Shown: one piece after another, positions 1 through 12,395 of the stretch
How positions within the stretch are numbered: the first letter of the stretch is position 1
How the letters are laid out: each line of letters starts with the position of its first letter
Source of the DNA: Octopus sinensis
Taxonomy: Eukaryota
Assembly (NCBI RefSeq): GCF_006345805.1
Contig: NC_043001.1
Span: 135,346,001-135,410,000, forward strand
Direction of reading: 5' to 3'
Length of the DNA stretch: 64,000 nucleotides
Translations under genes and position numbers: made by a program
Notes under the pieces: generated by a model
Told to the model about the DNA's origin: nothing
Databases searched by the model: none
The model's input: only the letters and a program-made list of their open reading frames with translations

Positions 1-113
1 GCCCTAACCACTGGATCATTGCGCCTCCACAGCTTAATAATACAAAGTGATTAACCAGGATTTAAAAGGTACAGAATAGGTTTCTCTGCAGTGGTTAGCT
101 AGCCAAGTTTCTG

Positions 114-330
114 GAGGTGGCAACCTGGCAGAATCATTAGCACACTGGACAAAATGCTTAGTGCCATTTTGTCTGTCTTTATATTCTGAGTTCAAATTCT
201 ACTGAGGCCCACTCTGCCTTTCATCCTCAGGGTCAGTAAAATAAGTACCAGTTGTACACTGGGGTTGATGTAATCATCTTAGCCTTTCTCCCTGAACTTG
301 CTGGACTTATGCCAAAATTTGAAACCAGTA
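114..330 (+). mobile_element. Degenerate SINE family A (tRNA-like head plus Meta-like domain)
   Basis: ggtggcaacctggcagaatcattagc...ttctgagttcaaattc...gcctttcatcc...aataagtaccag; same layout as cleaner copies at 7741 and 19637. Confidence 0.7.
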
Positions 331-2869
331 TTTTATGTATCAGTTCTAACCATATCACGACTTATTCATTGACCCCTGGACGAAAGGCAAAAATTGACCT
401 CAGCAAAATTTGAACAAACAGTGCAGAGATTTGGAACTGATATTGCAAATCATTCTCTGTGATATTTTAAAGACTACCAATTTGCTATTCATCATATCCT
501 ACATTTATTTTCATATCTTTCAAACTCATTGAAAACAGCTTAAAAAGATTTTTCTTTTTTTGTTCATTGCACAATTAGCATATCTTCTCAAATGTAGGAC
601 ATTTTCCTTTAACAAACACTTATTCATAGCTACAATTTACACTTTAGAAACATCTTTTGTTGGTTCACATGAGATACATCAGAGACAAAAAAAAATAGGT
701 TGTATTCCATGAGAAATACTGGTTCTGTTGCAACAAATCATTTCCTGTTGTTGGATAAAATTCAAACATGTATTTAGAGCAGTGTCTCTAAATCCATATT
801 AATGTTTGAAGGTTATTAATAATTTTTGTTATATACAATTATGATTGATAATACAATGCAAACAATAGTGATTTTTTAACCATTTTTTTTTCTATATTTA
901 TAACTTGAAATGTTTAAAATATTTTTCATACAAAGTACTCCAGAATTTTTTTTTTATCTCAAATATGCTAAACTTTCAAAAAGATCGAGAATTTCTCATC
1001 TAGAAATCTACTTTCCTGCCTCCTGTATGTATGTGGTGTCTGGTATACACTTTCAATAAATCTCATCTGTATCAATTTCTGTTCAAGGCTTTAATCGCTT
1101 TCTCTAAATTTATCTCACTCACAATATTGATACTCATCATGAAGGCAATGCAAGTGTTACAAAAGAGTCTCTGACTATTCTTGATGAAGGGATTTCAATT
1201 TGGTTCTTTCAGGATCCTTCATTGCAGGTCACATATTGGTTTCTAATAACTTCATCACGTATCTCAAAACCCTCAGCTTCTAGCTGCTTCAGATTAATTA
1301 TTACAGGCATTTTCTTAATAACCTCGATATGTAACCCCATCACAAATAATTTTATTATCTCCTTCAATTAGCTCCTTTGATTAGCTTGCTTGGAAATAGA
1401 CAAGGTTTCAGTATCAAGAAGGATGCCTGGCTATAAAAAATGCTGTTTCAACAAATTCCATCCAACCTGGAAAAATGGATTTTAAAACAATTATGATGAT
1501 CTTTTAAAAGACAATGATCAATGAATAGCTAAAAGTTCTTTGGAATTAATATACATTCAGTTTCTTTATCTAGTTACGTATTTAAATTGATGTCATTTAA
1601 CTTTAGAGAAAGACAGTCTTTCTATTGTCTTTCAAATACATTAGTTTTTATGTCTGGTGTCTTATTGTCCAATTTTTTTCTTTATCTTTTAGTTAGATGG
1701 GAAGTCAGTACCCATGACATTTATTAGAGTCATTCAGTTTCTTGTTTTGAGAGTTAATCATAAAACATTGCAGCCACATCAAGACAGTTAGGATCAGTCA
1801 ATGCTCATCTGAATCCTGCTTGTAATGCCATTTGTTGTGAAAATCAGTTTAAGGTCAAATGACAAAGTCATTACAGTGATGGATAGAATACTTTGTGATA
1901 TTTACTCTAGCTCTCTGCGCTCTGGGTTCAAATCCTGTTGAAGTCAGCTCTGCTTCTTATCCTTTCAGGGTTGATTGGCAGAACTGTTAGATCAGATAAG
2001 AAATGCCTTGCAGTATATTTCTTGGTTCTATGCATTCTGATAGCAATGCTAGCAATACATTGATGCCAAGCTGTATGGGACTAAGTTGGTAACCTTTTCT
2101 CTTGGATAAAAAATCAGTGAAATAGAAAGATGTAACTTTTTCTGACAACAACACTTGCAATGGTACTGTTGCCAAGGCTATATCGGCCCAAGTCAATGGC
2201 CTTTCCCTTGGACAAACATCAATAGCTTAGAGAGAAGAGACTTCCATACATGGACAAGTGCTAGTTTTCATCAAAACGTCTTGCACAGACCTGCATAAAT
2301 ATGCACAAATGCATGGTTAATATTGACTGATGGAAGATCAGCCTAGCTACATCTTCAAGTTTTTATTTAGCTAAAGGTAATATCTTCATCTCTATATCTA
2401 ACAGCTGTGTAAATATATTCTCATAATCTTAGATCCATTCTATTTCTTTAGTGTAAAATTCTCAAGAGAAAAGTATTTTTCCAAAATGTCATTCTTTTAA
2501 ACATCCCACTCGAACATTTGTTCATGTTTGAAGTATAATTATTGCCAAATTTTTGCCTGTAGTGACCTTAAAGGAAATATATTCTCAATATCATGCTAAA
2601 ATTCTCTAATCTCAATTCTCCTATCAACTGATTATAGACTTCCATTGTATTTGTTCACATCAAGGTATGGTGACTATTACTGTTGGGAGAATTGATTCAA
2701 AGTGAATCCTTGGACACCCTTTTCAGTATAGGTATTTTCTCATCCTCTCAACCTGTCCAACTAGTAATCAATACTGAAGTAAGCTGTTATTAATATATTT
2801 ATTAGTTCTTGTAAACTAGATATCTTTTTCTCATTGCATAATTGTATTTTAGTTGACTTTTCATGCCAC

Positions 2870-3093
2870 ATGTTTTAGCATTCAAATTATTCCGTCAAAT
2901 GTAATACTTTTTCATTCACATTGTTTTGAATTAGCCATTTGTTATTTTGTATCTTCCAGATTTTGATAACGTGAGTGTTTAATTTTAGAATGAGATTGTA
3001 GGTTGGTGTGAGAGGCTGGACATGGTCAGTTTGAACATAAAACATGTAGAATATTTGGGCCAAATATGGCTGGTTTAAATATTAAATGGTTAA
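2870..3093. mobile_element. Decayed TTAA-type (piggyBac-like) MITE
   Basis: tttagcattcaaattatt...taaatggttaa; internal sequence matches the copies at 33115-33512 and 40557-41186. Confidence 0.55.
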
Positions 3094-3140
3094 ATATATC
3101 AGCAGGAACTAGACTGTTGTGTACATGTGGATAGCGTGTT

Positions 3141-3615
3141 CATCATCATCATCATCATCGTTTAACGTCCGTTTTCCACGCTAGCACAAGTTGGATGGTT
3201 CGACCGGGGATCTGGGAAGCCAGGGGTTGCTCCAGGCTCCAGTCTGATCTGGCAGAGTTTCTACGGCTGGATGCCCTTCCTAATGCCAACCACTCCGCGA
3301 GTGTAGTGGGTGCTTTTTACGTGCCACCTGCACAGGTGCCAGGGGGGTCCGGCATCGGCCACGATCGGTTGGAGCTTTTAACGTGCCAGCGGCACGGAAG
3401 CCAGTCAAGGTGGCGCTGGCAACGGCCACGTTCGGATGGTGCTTTTTATGTGCTACCAGCACAGAAGCCAGTCGGGTGGCGCTGGCATCAGCCACGTTCG
3501 GATGGTGCTTTTTATGTGCCACCAGCACAGAAGCCAGTTGAGTTGGTGGTGGCTACGTCCACGTTCGGACGGTGCTTTTTATGTGTCACCGGCACAGGTA
3601 TCACAACTACTATTT
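3141..3615 (-). mobile_element. SINE-like family C ((GAT)n tail) with about 4 internal ~60-bp repeats
   Basis: (cat)n-cgtttaacgtccgttttcc...gctggatgcccttcctaatgccaaccactcc followed by repeated cggatggtgctttttatgtgccaccagcac units; many homologous copies in the window. Confidence 0.85.
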
Positions 3616-4263
3616 CATTTTGAACAAACATATGGCTGAGATAACTCTTCAGTGTTGTCAAAGACAAGATGACCTCTTTAATGCAGGTGCTATGATAAAA
3701 GATACTCAACACAGTTTGTAAAAGAATTAGTGATTGATCATTCAGCTTAACAGTCTGTCTTCTCACCACAAAAATAATTTTAATTAATTTCTTGTGACAG
3801 TGGCTTAATTATATTTGCACCAAAATTACTATTTAACTTTCTTTATTACTCATAGATGGAGAGCCCTTTAAATTTCCACTTCCTTTATTCTCACATCAAA
3901 AACTCATACCTTCTTCCAATCACAACTTACAGCTCGTTGAAGCTCTAGCTTAAGTTATGCAATTATTGAAATTTTCACTAGAAAAAGATATTGGCAACAC
4001 GTAGATGTATATTTATTGGAATGTCTTCAATTTTTTTTTTTCTATGAGAATGTCTGCAATATTTTATCAGATTTTTTTTTGCTTTTAGAACTTTACTACA
4101 ATGCTGCAAATATTAAACATCAATTTCATAAGCTACTATAGCACTTTTACAGAGTCTCTACTTATCAATACAGGATTACCATTGCCTATTTTGCATAGTC
4201 TACACTTTAGCTTCAAATGTTGTTCATAAAGTTAAGGTTTTTGAGAGAATCACCAATATCATT

Positions 4264-4403
4264 ATCATCATCGTCATCGTTTAACGTCCGTTTTCCATGC
4301 TAGCATGGGTTGGACAGTTTGACTGGGGTCTGGGAAGTCAGGAGACTGCACCAGGCTCCAGTCTGATCTGGCAGTGTTTCTACAGCTGGATGCCCTTCCT
4401 AAC
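4264..4403 (-). mobile_element. SINE family C, 3' fragment
   Basis: catcatcgtcatcgtttaacgtccg...gatgcccttcctaacg. Confidence 0.8.
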
Positions 4404-4409
4404 GTAACG

Positions 4410-4598
4410 GTAGCCGTATTTCGTCTGCTGTTACGTTCTGAGTTCAAATTTCGCTGAGGTCGACTCTGCCTTTCATCCTTTCGGAGTCGATAAATAAAGT
4501 ACGAGTTATGTACTGGGGTCGATGTAATCGACTTAATCCCTTTGTCTGTCTTTGTTTGTCCTCTCTATGTTTAGCCCCTTGTGGGTAATAAAGAAATA
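4410..4598 (+). mobile_element. SINE family A, 5'-truncated
   Basis: gtatttcgtctgctgttacgttctgagttcaaattt...gcctttcatcctttcggagtcgataaa...aataaagaaata. Confidence 0.8.
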
Positions 4599-4603
4599 TA
4601 TAT

Positions 4604-4940
4604 ATGGCAACGGACTTGGTAAACACCCACAAAGTTATCAACCACCTCACCAACAACAACACTGAACACCTTTTTGATCTCCATGTGTCTAACACACGTG
4701 GGCATGCCTACAAAGTCAGAAAACAACACAGCTCCCATGACTTTCGGAAGCATTTTTTCACGCTCAGAGTTGCTGAAGCATGGAATAAACTGCCTGCGTC
4801 AGTTGTTGACTGCCATGACACTGCATCCTTTAAGGCCCTCATGCTTTCCGAAATCCGCCGAAACTACACCTGATTATATATACACTTTAGATGAGTTGTA
4901 GTGCACCTGAGCACTGTACACAATGTTTTATTATTATTAT
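4604..4940 (+). mobile_element. CR1-like LINE, 5'-truncated 3' end (ORF2 C-terminus, 3'UTR, (TTA)n tail)
   Basis: ORF ...NTRGHAYKV...RKHFFTLRVAEAWNKLP...FK is the typical CR1/L2-group ORF2 terminus; nearly identical to the reverse complement of 21316-21630. Confidence 0.9.
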
Positions 4941-4951
4941 ATACAAATAAA

Positions 4952-5357
4952 GGCGCAGGAGTGGCTGTGTGTTAAGTAGCTTGCTAACCAACCACATGGT
5001 TGCGGGTTCAGTCCCACTGCGTGGCATCTTGGGCAAGTGTCTTCTGCTATAGGCCCGGGCTGACCAATGCCTTGTGAGTGGATTTGGTAGACAGAAACTG
5101 AAAGAAGCCTGTCGTATATATGTATATATGTGTGTGTGTGTGCTTGTGTGTCTGTGTTTGGCCCCCTAGCATTGCTTGACAACCGATGCTGGTGTGTTTA
5201 CGTCCCCGTCACTTAGCGGTTCGGCAAAAGAGACCGATAGAATAAGTACTGGGCTTACAAAGAATAAGTCCCGGGGTAGATTTGATTGACTAAAGACGGT
5301 GCTCCAGCATGGCCGCAGTCAAATGACTGAAACAAGTAAAAGAGTAAAAGAGAGTAA
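4952..5357 (+). mobile_element. SINE family B (tRNA-like head, internal (TA/TG)n, (AAAGAGT)n tail)
   Basis: ggcgcaggagtggctgtgtg...ggttcagtcccactgcgtggcatcttgggcaagtgtc...gctccagcatggccgcagtcaaatgactgaaacaagtaaaagagt. Confidence 0.9.
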
Positions 5358-6084
5358 ATGCACACATACATACACACAATAAAAATAGATGAATGGATTA
5401 TCTGGTATTACTACAATCGTTTTGTTAATAGCTATTATTGTGTTGTAATTACAGTTCAGTCTGGTGTGCTGCATGCTCAACATGTGAACAATAACGTAAT
5501 ATGTTATGAGACTTCCAATTCATCAAGCTAACCAAACAAACAAGTGAACAGTTGATTAATCAACAGATCATCAACAAGTGAAATCTCTAATTAGAATTAC
5601 CAACATCTAAACATAGTGAAGTGGGTGTGATTACAATCTGTCACTCATTGAAGGTGGATAGCAGAGTGAGGTTGTAATTTCAAGAACAGGTAAAGGCATT
5701 TCTATTCCAAAGATGTCATTAGACTTAGCAACCTTGCTCATCATGGCTAATAGAAGGAACATTCATATTTATGTGTGTGTGTATTTAAAGTAAGAAACAT
5801 ACATGAGAGCTAATGTAGTGAATATTTTAGAAATAGATATTAAAATGTTATTTTCAACTGAAGATTGCAGAGTATGTTTGTCATGCAAAGCATGAAATTA
5901 ATTGATATTGGCTCTGATTTTAGCAAGTGGTGTTATATATCCTATTGAATCTTAATTTACCTTATATTGTGCCTGTAATGGTGTGAACTTGCTAGCCACC
6001 TTATTATTACCATATTAATACCATTAATAACAGCAGTAATACTTCTATATATTTATATATATATATATAATGAGTAAACTGACT

Positions 6085-6400
6085 CTGTCAATTATGATGA
6101 TGAGGGTTCCAGTTGGTCTGACTAATGGAACAGCCTGCTTGTGAAATTAATGTGCAAGTGGCTGAGCACTCCACAGACATGTGTACCCTTAATGTAGTTT
6201 TCAGGAAGATTCAGCGTGACACAGAATGTGACAAGGCTGGCCCTTTGAATTACTGGTACAACTCATTTTTTCCAGTTGCATAGACTGGAGCAACATAAAA
6301 TAAAGTGTCTTGCTCACAGACTCAACATGCTGCTAGGAATTGAACTCATGACCTTACAGTCGTGAGGTAATTATTCTAACTACTGAGCCATGTGCTTTCA
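6085..6400 (-). mobile_element. Degenerate SINE family D
   Basis: Reverse complement matches the body of 6667-7033 (gagtgctcagccactt...aatttcac...caactggaaccctc). Confidence 0.7.
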
Positions 6401-6666
6401 CATATAATGAGTACAATGAAAACAAGTGGCTAAAATGGGGTTCATTGTAGGGTGTGTGGAGTAACGTTACTTGACAGGTGCATAGCTCAGATATCAAGGG
6501 GACTCTTTGAGTTGAGCTACTGCCTTTCCACATTGAGAGATCAGGCTCTGGTACTACAGGCAAGTGATTTGAATATCACAGGAAGGACTCTTCACACTGA
6601 AGTAATTGGCAGGTGAACTAGGAGTAGACCAAGAACAAAATGGCTGGATAATATCTATAGTCTTAG

Positions 6667-7033
6667 GTGGTTAGGGCAGCGGACTCGCGGTCATAGGATC
6701 GCGGTTTCGATTCCCAGACCGGGCGTTGTGAGTGTTTATTGAGCGAAAACACCTAAAGCTCCACGAGGCTCCGAAAGGGGATGGTGGTGATCCCTGCTGT
6801 ACTCTTTCACCACAACTTTCTCTCACTCTTACTTCCTGTTTCTGTTGTACCTGTATTTCAAAGGGCCGGCCTTGTCACTCTCTGTGTCACGCTGAATATC
6901 CCCGAGAACTACGTTAAGGGTACATGTGTCTGTGGAGTGCTCAGCCACTTACACGTTAATTTCACGAGCATGCTGTTCCGTTGATTTGGATCAACCGGAA
7001 CCCTCGTCGTCGTAACCGACGGAGTGCTTCCAT
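6667..7033 (+). mobile_element. SINE family D (tRNA-derived head)
   Basis: gtggttagggcagcggactcgcggtcataggatcgcggtttcgattccc gives A/B-box-like motifs; near-identical copy at 28667-29052. Confidence 0.85.
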
Positions 7034-7146
7034 CCATACTTGGAAATCCAGCCAGAAAGTCTAATGATGGCTGCTTCTGACCGGACCATAAATCTCTACC
7101 CACTTGACCCTCTCAGGAAAAGTGGGTGGAGAAGATACTTGGATGG

Positions 7147-7181
<35 letters not shown>

Positions 7182-7185
7182 CATA

Positions 7186-7405
7186 TACAAGGTTGCTGAA
7201 AAATTCCTGGCTTTCAGGGTATTGCAAAAAGGCCTGATTGGAGGCCAAACCTTCCATGTTCTTTTTCAGGGCTTAGAAAAACTGAAGGACTGCTGCAATA
7301 AGTGTGTGAACCTGAGAGTGGAATATGTTGAATAAAATCATAATTAACTGATCCTCCTGTATTTTCTTTTATCCAAGGCCAAGAACTTTTCAGATTCCTC
7401 ACATA
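7186..7405 (+). mobile_element. Mariner-derived MITE retaining the transposase C-terminus
   Basis: Imperfect TIRs (gctgaaaaattcctggcttt / aaggccaagaacttttcag) in TA context; encodes ...FQGLEKLKDCCNKCVNLRVEYVE*, resembling a mariner C-terminus; inverted copy at 26417-26624. Confidence 0.75.
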
Positions 7406-7740
7406 TAAACACACACACACACACACATCTTGTTGATTATATTTTCAGTTGGTAATTTTAGAAATTTTCCAAATTTGACTTAGGGAAGTTGGGTGAGAGT
7501 GTTTACATATAATAATGATGGCAATACTCCAGTATGGCCTCAATCCAGTAAAAAAAAAAAAGTATTTATAAGTAGTGGGTCTTCTTTTTTATTTTACCTA
7601 AAACTCAATCATCCAGATTGTTGTAATTGTTGTAGATTTCACATAGTATTTCAATGCACCTCAGAGTTGATTTTGTTGTTGTTATTTGGGCCAAATGAGT
7701 CCTGGATGTTCAATGACCAAAAGATATTTTGGTCATTGAG

Positions 7741-8343
7741 AAGGCGGCGAGCTGGTAGAAACATTAGCATACCGGGCGAAATGCTTAGTGGTATTTTGTC
7801 TGCTGTTACGTTCCGAGTTCAAATTCCACCGAGGTTGACTTTGCCTTTCATCCTTTTGAGATCGATAAATTAAGTACCAGTCACACACTGGGGTCGATGT
7901 AATCGACTTAATCCCTTTGTCTATCCTTGTTTGTCCCCTCTATGTTTAGCCCCTTGTGGGTAATAAAGAAATAGGTATTTTGTTTGCTGTTATGTTCCAA
8001 GTTCAAATTCCACCGAGGTTGACTTTGCCTTTCATCCTTTTGGGATCGATAAATTAAGTACCAGTCACACACTGGGGTCGATGTAATCGACTTAATCCCT
8101 TTGTCTATCCTTGTTTGTCCCCTCTATGTTTAGCCCCTTGTGGGTAATAAAGAAATAGGTATTTTGTTTGCTGTTACGTTCCAAGTTCAAATTCCACCGA
8201 GGTTGACTTTGCCTTTCATCCTTTTGGGATCGATAAATTAAGTACCAGTCACACACTGGGGTCGATGTAATCGACTTAATCCCTTCGTCTATCCTTGTTT
8301 GTCCCCTCTATGTTTAGCCCCTTGTGGGCAATAAAGAAATAGG
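7741..8343 (+). mobile_element. SINE family A with a triplicated 184-bp body
   Basis: Head ggcggcgagctggtagaaac followed by three units starting gtattttgt at about 7791, 7975 and 8159. Confidence 0.9.
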
Positions 8344-8564
8344 ATATTTTGGTCATTGTGCATCACAAAATCTCACTGAGTTCTCTTTTAAAGCCAGCAA
8401 ATTATTTGAGGGAGATTTTGTTGGTATTTTTAGTGGCTCAATGATGGTGTTGAGTGGTTTACTGTCGTTGTCGATTCAATTAGTGGATCACTATGAAATG
8501 ATGCAAGCACTCCATCAGAAGCATTTCAGCAATCTGTCGTATCTGCAGTTTACAGAAATAAACT

Positions 8565-9120
8565 GGACAGTGGAGAGTGTGCAACATGTTCAGATTGCAG
8601 TGTACAATATCTATAAGTGTACAGGACAGTGGAAAGTGTGCAACATGTGCAAACTGCTACACTACACCACATACATGCATGTTGTAGTGTGTACTTGTCA
8701 GCGGAGAGAGAGGGCACATGTGGAGACTGCACATACATGGATGTTGCACAAAATGCATGTTGTACATGCGATAATTACAGGTGTGCAGGGGACAGTGGAA
8801 AGTGTGCAACATGTTCAGACTGTCATATGGCACCACATACTTGCATGTTGCAGTGTATGATGCCCGTAGTTGTGCAGGACAGTGGAAAAAGTGCCTCATG
8901 TACATGCATATTGCAGTGTGCAGCATCCACCACAAGTGTACACAGTGGTAAGAGCGCAACATGTTCAGACGGTCACACTGTACTACATGCATGTGTGTTG
9001 CTGTGTACAATATCCACAGGTGTACAGCATGTATAGTTGTGCAGAAATAGACTGAACAGCAGAAAGAATGCAGGATGTTTACAGTATCACACCGTGCTAC
9101 ACAAAGTATGCATCTACAAG
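8565..9120. repeat. Degenerate minisatellite with motif gacagtggaaagtgtgcaacatgttcagactg
   Basis: Motif recurs at about 8567, 8626, 8791, 8878 and 8941, and weakly near 9055. Confidence 0.7.
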
Positions 9121-9154
<34 letters not shown>

Positions 9155-9461
9155 CGAACAATAGATCTGTGAGACTGTTCAGCTAACTACCTGCATGGGA
9201 TAGTGGTCTATTCCATAAGACCTGAATGGAATGGAGAGGACTGTCTCCAACTGACTTATCTTGTGGGTGTGTATGGAGTGAGTTGAGATCTAAAAATTTT
9301 TTCTCTGTATAAAAATATATATCTGGATTTTCGAGGAAGATCTTTCTCTGGGACACAAAGAATTTTACACCTGGAAATCAACACACACACACATACACAT
9401 GTATACATAATTGTATGTATGTATGCATATATATATTTAATGTATGTAGTATGTGTTTGCA

Positions 9462-9535
<74 letters not shown>

Positions 9536-10447
9536 TATATATATAGATACACACACACACACACACGACATATGTAGGCACTGAATAAGGAGAAGCAATA
9601 TGCCTCATCTCCGATAAATACTGGTTTCTATAGTTACAGCTCTTTTGCAATATCGTCCATCAATAGTGTATATACAGTTGTAGGATGACAGCAAACAATC
9701 CAAGTTTCTTGACTCATTTATATGGTCCATATTATAATTTCAATGAGTCACACTCACTAACATTGCTTTGATGCTGGCAGTGATTGTGGGTGGATGGTGG
9801 GTAAACCACCTCCAGATAAAGCTTTTTGTAAGCTACCGTATCTCTTAGTTCTCTTTCCTTCCTTCTTTCTTTCTTTCTTGCGTTAGTCAGACAGGTGCTT
9901 GGTGGCGTTGTGTCTGTTAACCCTCCCCCTACCCGCCGCCGCCGCCACTGCCACCACCACCACCACCACCAACAAAGCCACCACCAACAAAGCCACCACC
10001 ACCACCACCACCTATGACTACTACTGCCATCATCTTATAACAACCTGTTAGGTGTTTTGCTTTGTGAAATATGTAATATACTAATTAGAGTTATAACAAT
10101 AATGAAGACTATAGTGGTAGTGGTAGTGGTGGTGAGGGTGATAGTGGTGGTGGTTGTGGAAGAAGTGACAATGATAATGATTTCTTTGGATGATGATCTA
10201 GAAATATGAAATTGCATGAGAGTCAAAGAATAAAGGATTGTCCCAAAAACAATGTAAGAGCAAAAACACACATACAGAAATAATATGGGATAGTACCTGA
10301 AGAGGTTGCCAGCAGACAATAGAAAGACAGTACTATACAATTATTAGGCTAAATTGTTTTCCAGACTTAGCTCCAATCCCCTAAGTTGTAAGTTCAAAAC
10401 TTGTTCAGTATAATTTCTTTCATCTTGCTAGGGTTCTTATTTTAAGT

Positions 10448-10905
10448 CATCATCATCATCATCATCGTTTAGCGTCCGTTCTCCATGCTAGCACGGGTTG
10501 GACGGTTCGACCGGGGTCTGGGAAACCATGAGGCTGCACCAGGCTCCGGTCTTATCTGGCAATGTTTCTACAGCTGGATGCCCTTCCTAACGCCAACAAC
10601 TCCGTGAGTGTAGTGGGTGCTTTTTATGTGCCACATGCACTGGTGCCAGGTGATGCTGGCATCGGCCACGGTCAGATTGGTGCATTTTACGTGCCACCTG
10701 CACGGGAGCCAGTCGAGGTGGCACTGGCTTCAGCCACGATTCGGATGGTGCTTTTTACGTGCCACTGACACGGAAGCCAGTCGAGGCTGCACTGGCATCG
10801 ACCATGATTCGGATAGTGCTTTTTACGTGCCACCGACACGGAAGCCAGTCGAGGCGGCACTGGCTTCGGCCACGATTCGGATGGTGCTTTTTACGTGCCA
10901 CCGAC
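10448..10905 (-). mobile_element. SINE family C with about 4 internal repeats
   Basis: (cat)n tail, family C core and repeated cggatggtgctttttacgtgccac units. Confidence 0.85.
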
Positions 10906-10922
10906 AGGAACCATAAATCTGA

Positions 10923-11579
10923 CTGTTGTGTCTGGGGAGGGTCATTTTCTTTTTGTGCCTTATAATGTAACACACTCACCGGTCAAATTTCTACTTATTT
11001 CTTATTTTTATTTTTGTAAAATTTTCCTAAAATTTTCTCGCAACCTTTTCAGTAGCCTTGACTCTGTCCGTTATTTAAATAACGGACAGAGTCAAGACTA
11101 TTGGAAAGGTTGCAAGACGCAACGAAAATTTTAGGAAAATCATCATCATCATCATCGTTTAACGTCTGTTTTCCGCACTAGCACGGGTTGGATGGTTTGA
11201 CCGGGGTCTGGGAAGCCAGGGGCAGTACCAGGCTCCAGTCTGATCTGGCAGAGTTTCTACAGCTGGATGCCCTTCCTAATGCCAACCACTCCGCGAGTGT
11301 AGTGGGTGCTTTTTATGTGCCACATGCACAGGTGCCAGGGGGGTCCGGCATCGGCCACGATCGGTTGGAGCTTTTAACATGCCACCAGCATGGAAGCCAG
11401 CCAAGGCGGCGCTGGCAACTGCCACGTTCAGATGGTGCTTTTTATGTGCCACCGGCACAGAAGCCAGTCGGGCGGCGCTGGCATCGGCCAATAAAAATAA
11501 GAAATAAGTGGAAATTTTACCTGTGAGTGTGTTACATTATAAGGCACAAAAAGAAAATGACTCTCCCCAGACACAACAG
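10923..11579. mobile_element. Foldback (fully palindromic) MITE interrupted by a SINE
   Basis: Left arm ctgttgtgtctggggagggtcattttcttt... mirrors right arm ...aaagaaaatgactctccccagacacaacag; perfect 40-bp central palindrome at 11057-11096; SINE C occupies 11140-11490 in the right arm. Confidence 0.85.
11140..11490 (-). mobile_element. SINE family C nested in the foldback MITE
   Basis: Nearly identical to 3141-3490. Confidence 0.85.
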
Positions 11580-12006
11580 AATATGCTTCAACACACTAAC
11601 TCATATAAAGAATCTTGCAAACCAAATCCAAAAACGAAATATAAATCTGACTGATCTGCTAAAAAATATGCATTCTGCATGCTATTTGTATAAAGTGGAT
11701 GAGGTCATGGGTGTGTGGTAAAGAACTTTGCTTTACGACTATGTGGTTCTAAGTTCAATCTCACTACATGATATCTTTAAAACTTGTCTTCAAACTGTAG
11801 CACTGTGTTGACCGATACTAAGTGAAATCTGGTCAAGTGAAACTGTGTAGTAGTCCACTTAATTCACCCATAGTTTCCATCTCTAAGGAACTATATTTTT
11901 GTAAAATTTTGGAGGGAAAATTTACGGATTCAATCGTCTATATGGGTTTGACCTTTGCTTGCTTTCTTCCACTATTTCGATGTCACCTGATCGAGAAGTG
12001 GAGGTA

Positions 12007-12303
12007 CATCATCATCGTTTAACGTCCGTTTTCCGCGCTAGCACAGGTTGGACAGTTCGACCGGGGTCTGGGAAGCCAGGGGCTGCTCCAGGCTCCAGTC
12101 TGATCTGGCAGAGTTTCTACGGCTGGGTCCGGCATCGGCCACGATCGGTTGGAGCTTTTAACGTGCCAGCGGCACGGAAGCCAGCCAAGGCGGAGCTGGC
12201 AACGTTCGGATGGTGCTTTTTATGTGCCACCGGCACAGAAGCCAGTCGGAGCGGCACTGGCATCGGCCACATTCGGATGGTGCTTTTTATGTGCCACCGG
12301 CAC
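12007..12303 (-). mobile_element. SINE family C, internally deleted
   Basis: catcatcatcgtttaacgtccg...; lacks the gatgcccttcc segment. Confidence 0.8.
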
Positions 12304-12328
12304 ATTTGATAAATCTATTTTGTGGAAG

Positions 12329-12395
12329 TTTACGCTGACGAAGGACATGGAATTGATATTTCATTATATTCCTAATCCAGAAACGTGTTCATAAA
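12329..12395 (+). ncRNA. Minimal type-I hammerhead ribozyme motif (slightly decayed)
   Basis: UUUACG-CUGACGA-A-GGAcauGGAAU...AUUCCuaaUCC-A-GAAA-C-GU-GUU|CAUAAA: both core boxes present, stem II present, stem I with one mismatch, near-palindromic mini stem III. Confidence 0.7.

Noticed and set aside
3195-3623. Recurrent ORFs with LDALPNANH / GAFYVPPA and YDRLLSVSVYQIHSQG peptides
   Set aside because: These are incidental translations of SINE families C and B; the frames are not preserved between copies.
9710-9750. Inverted TGACTCA / TGAGTCA pair (AP-1-like sites or a hairpin)
   Set aside because: Too short to distinguish from chance, and the pairing is insufficient for a pre-miRNA.
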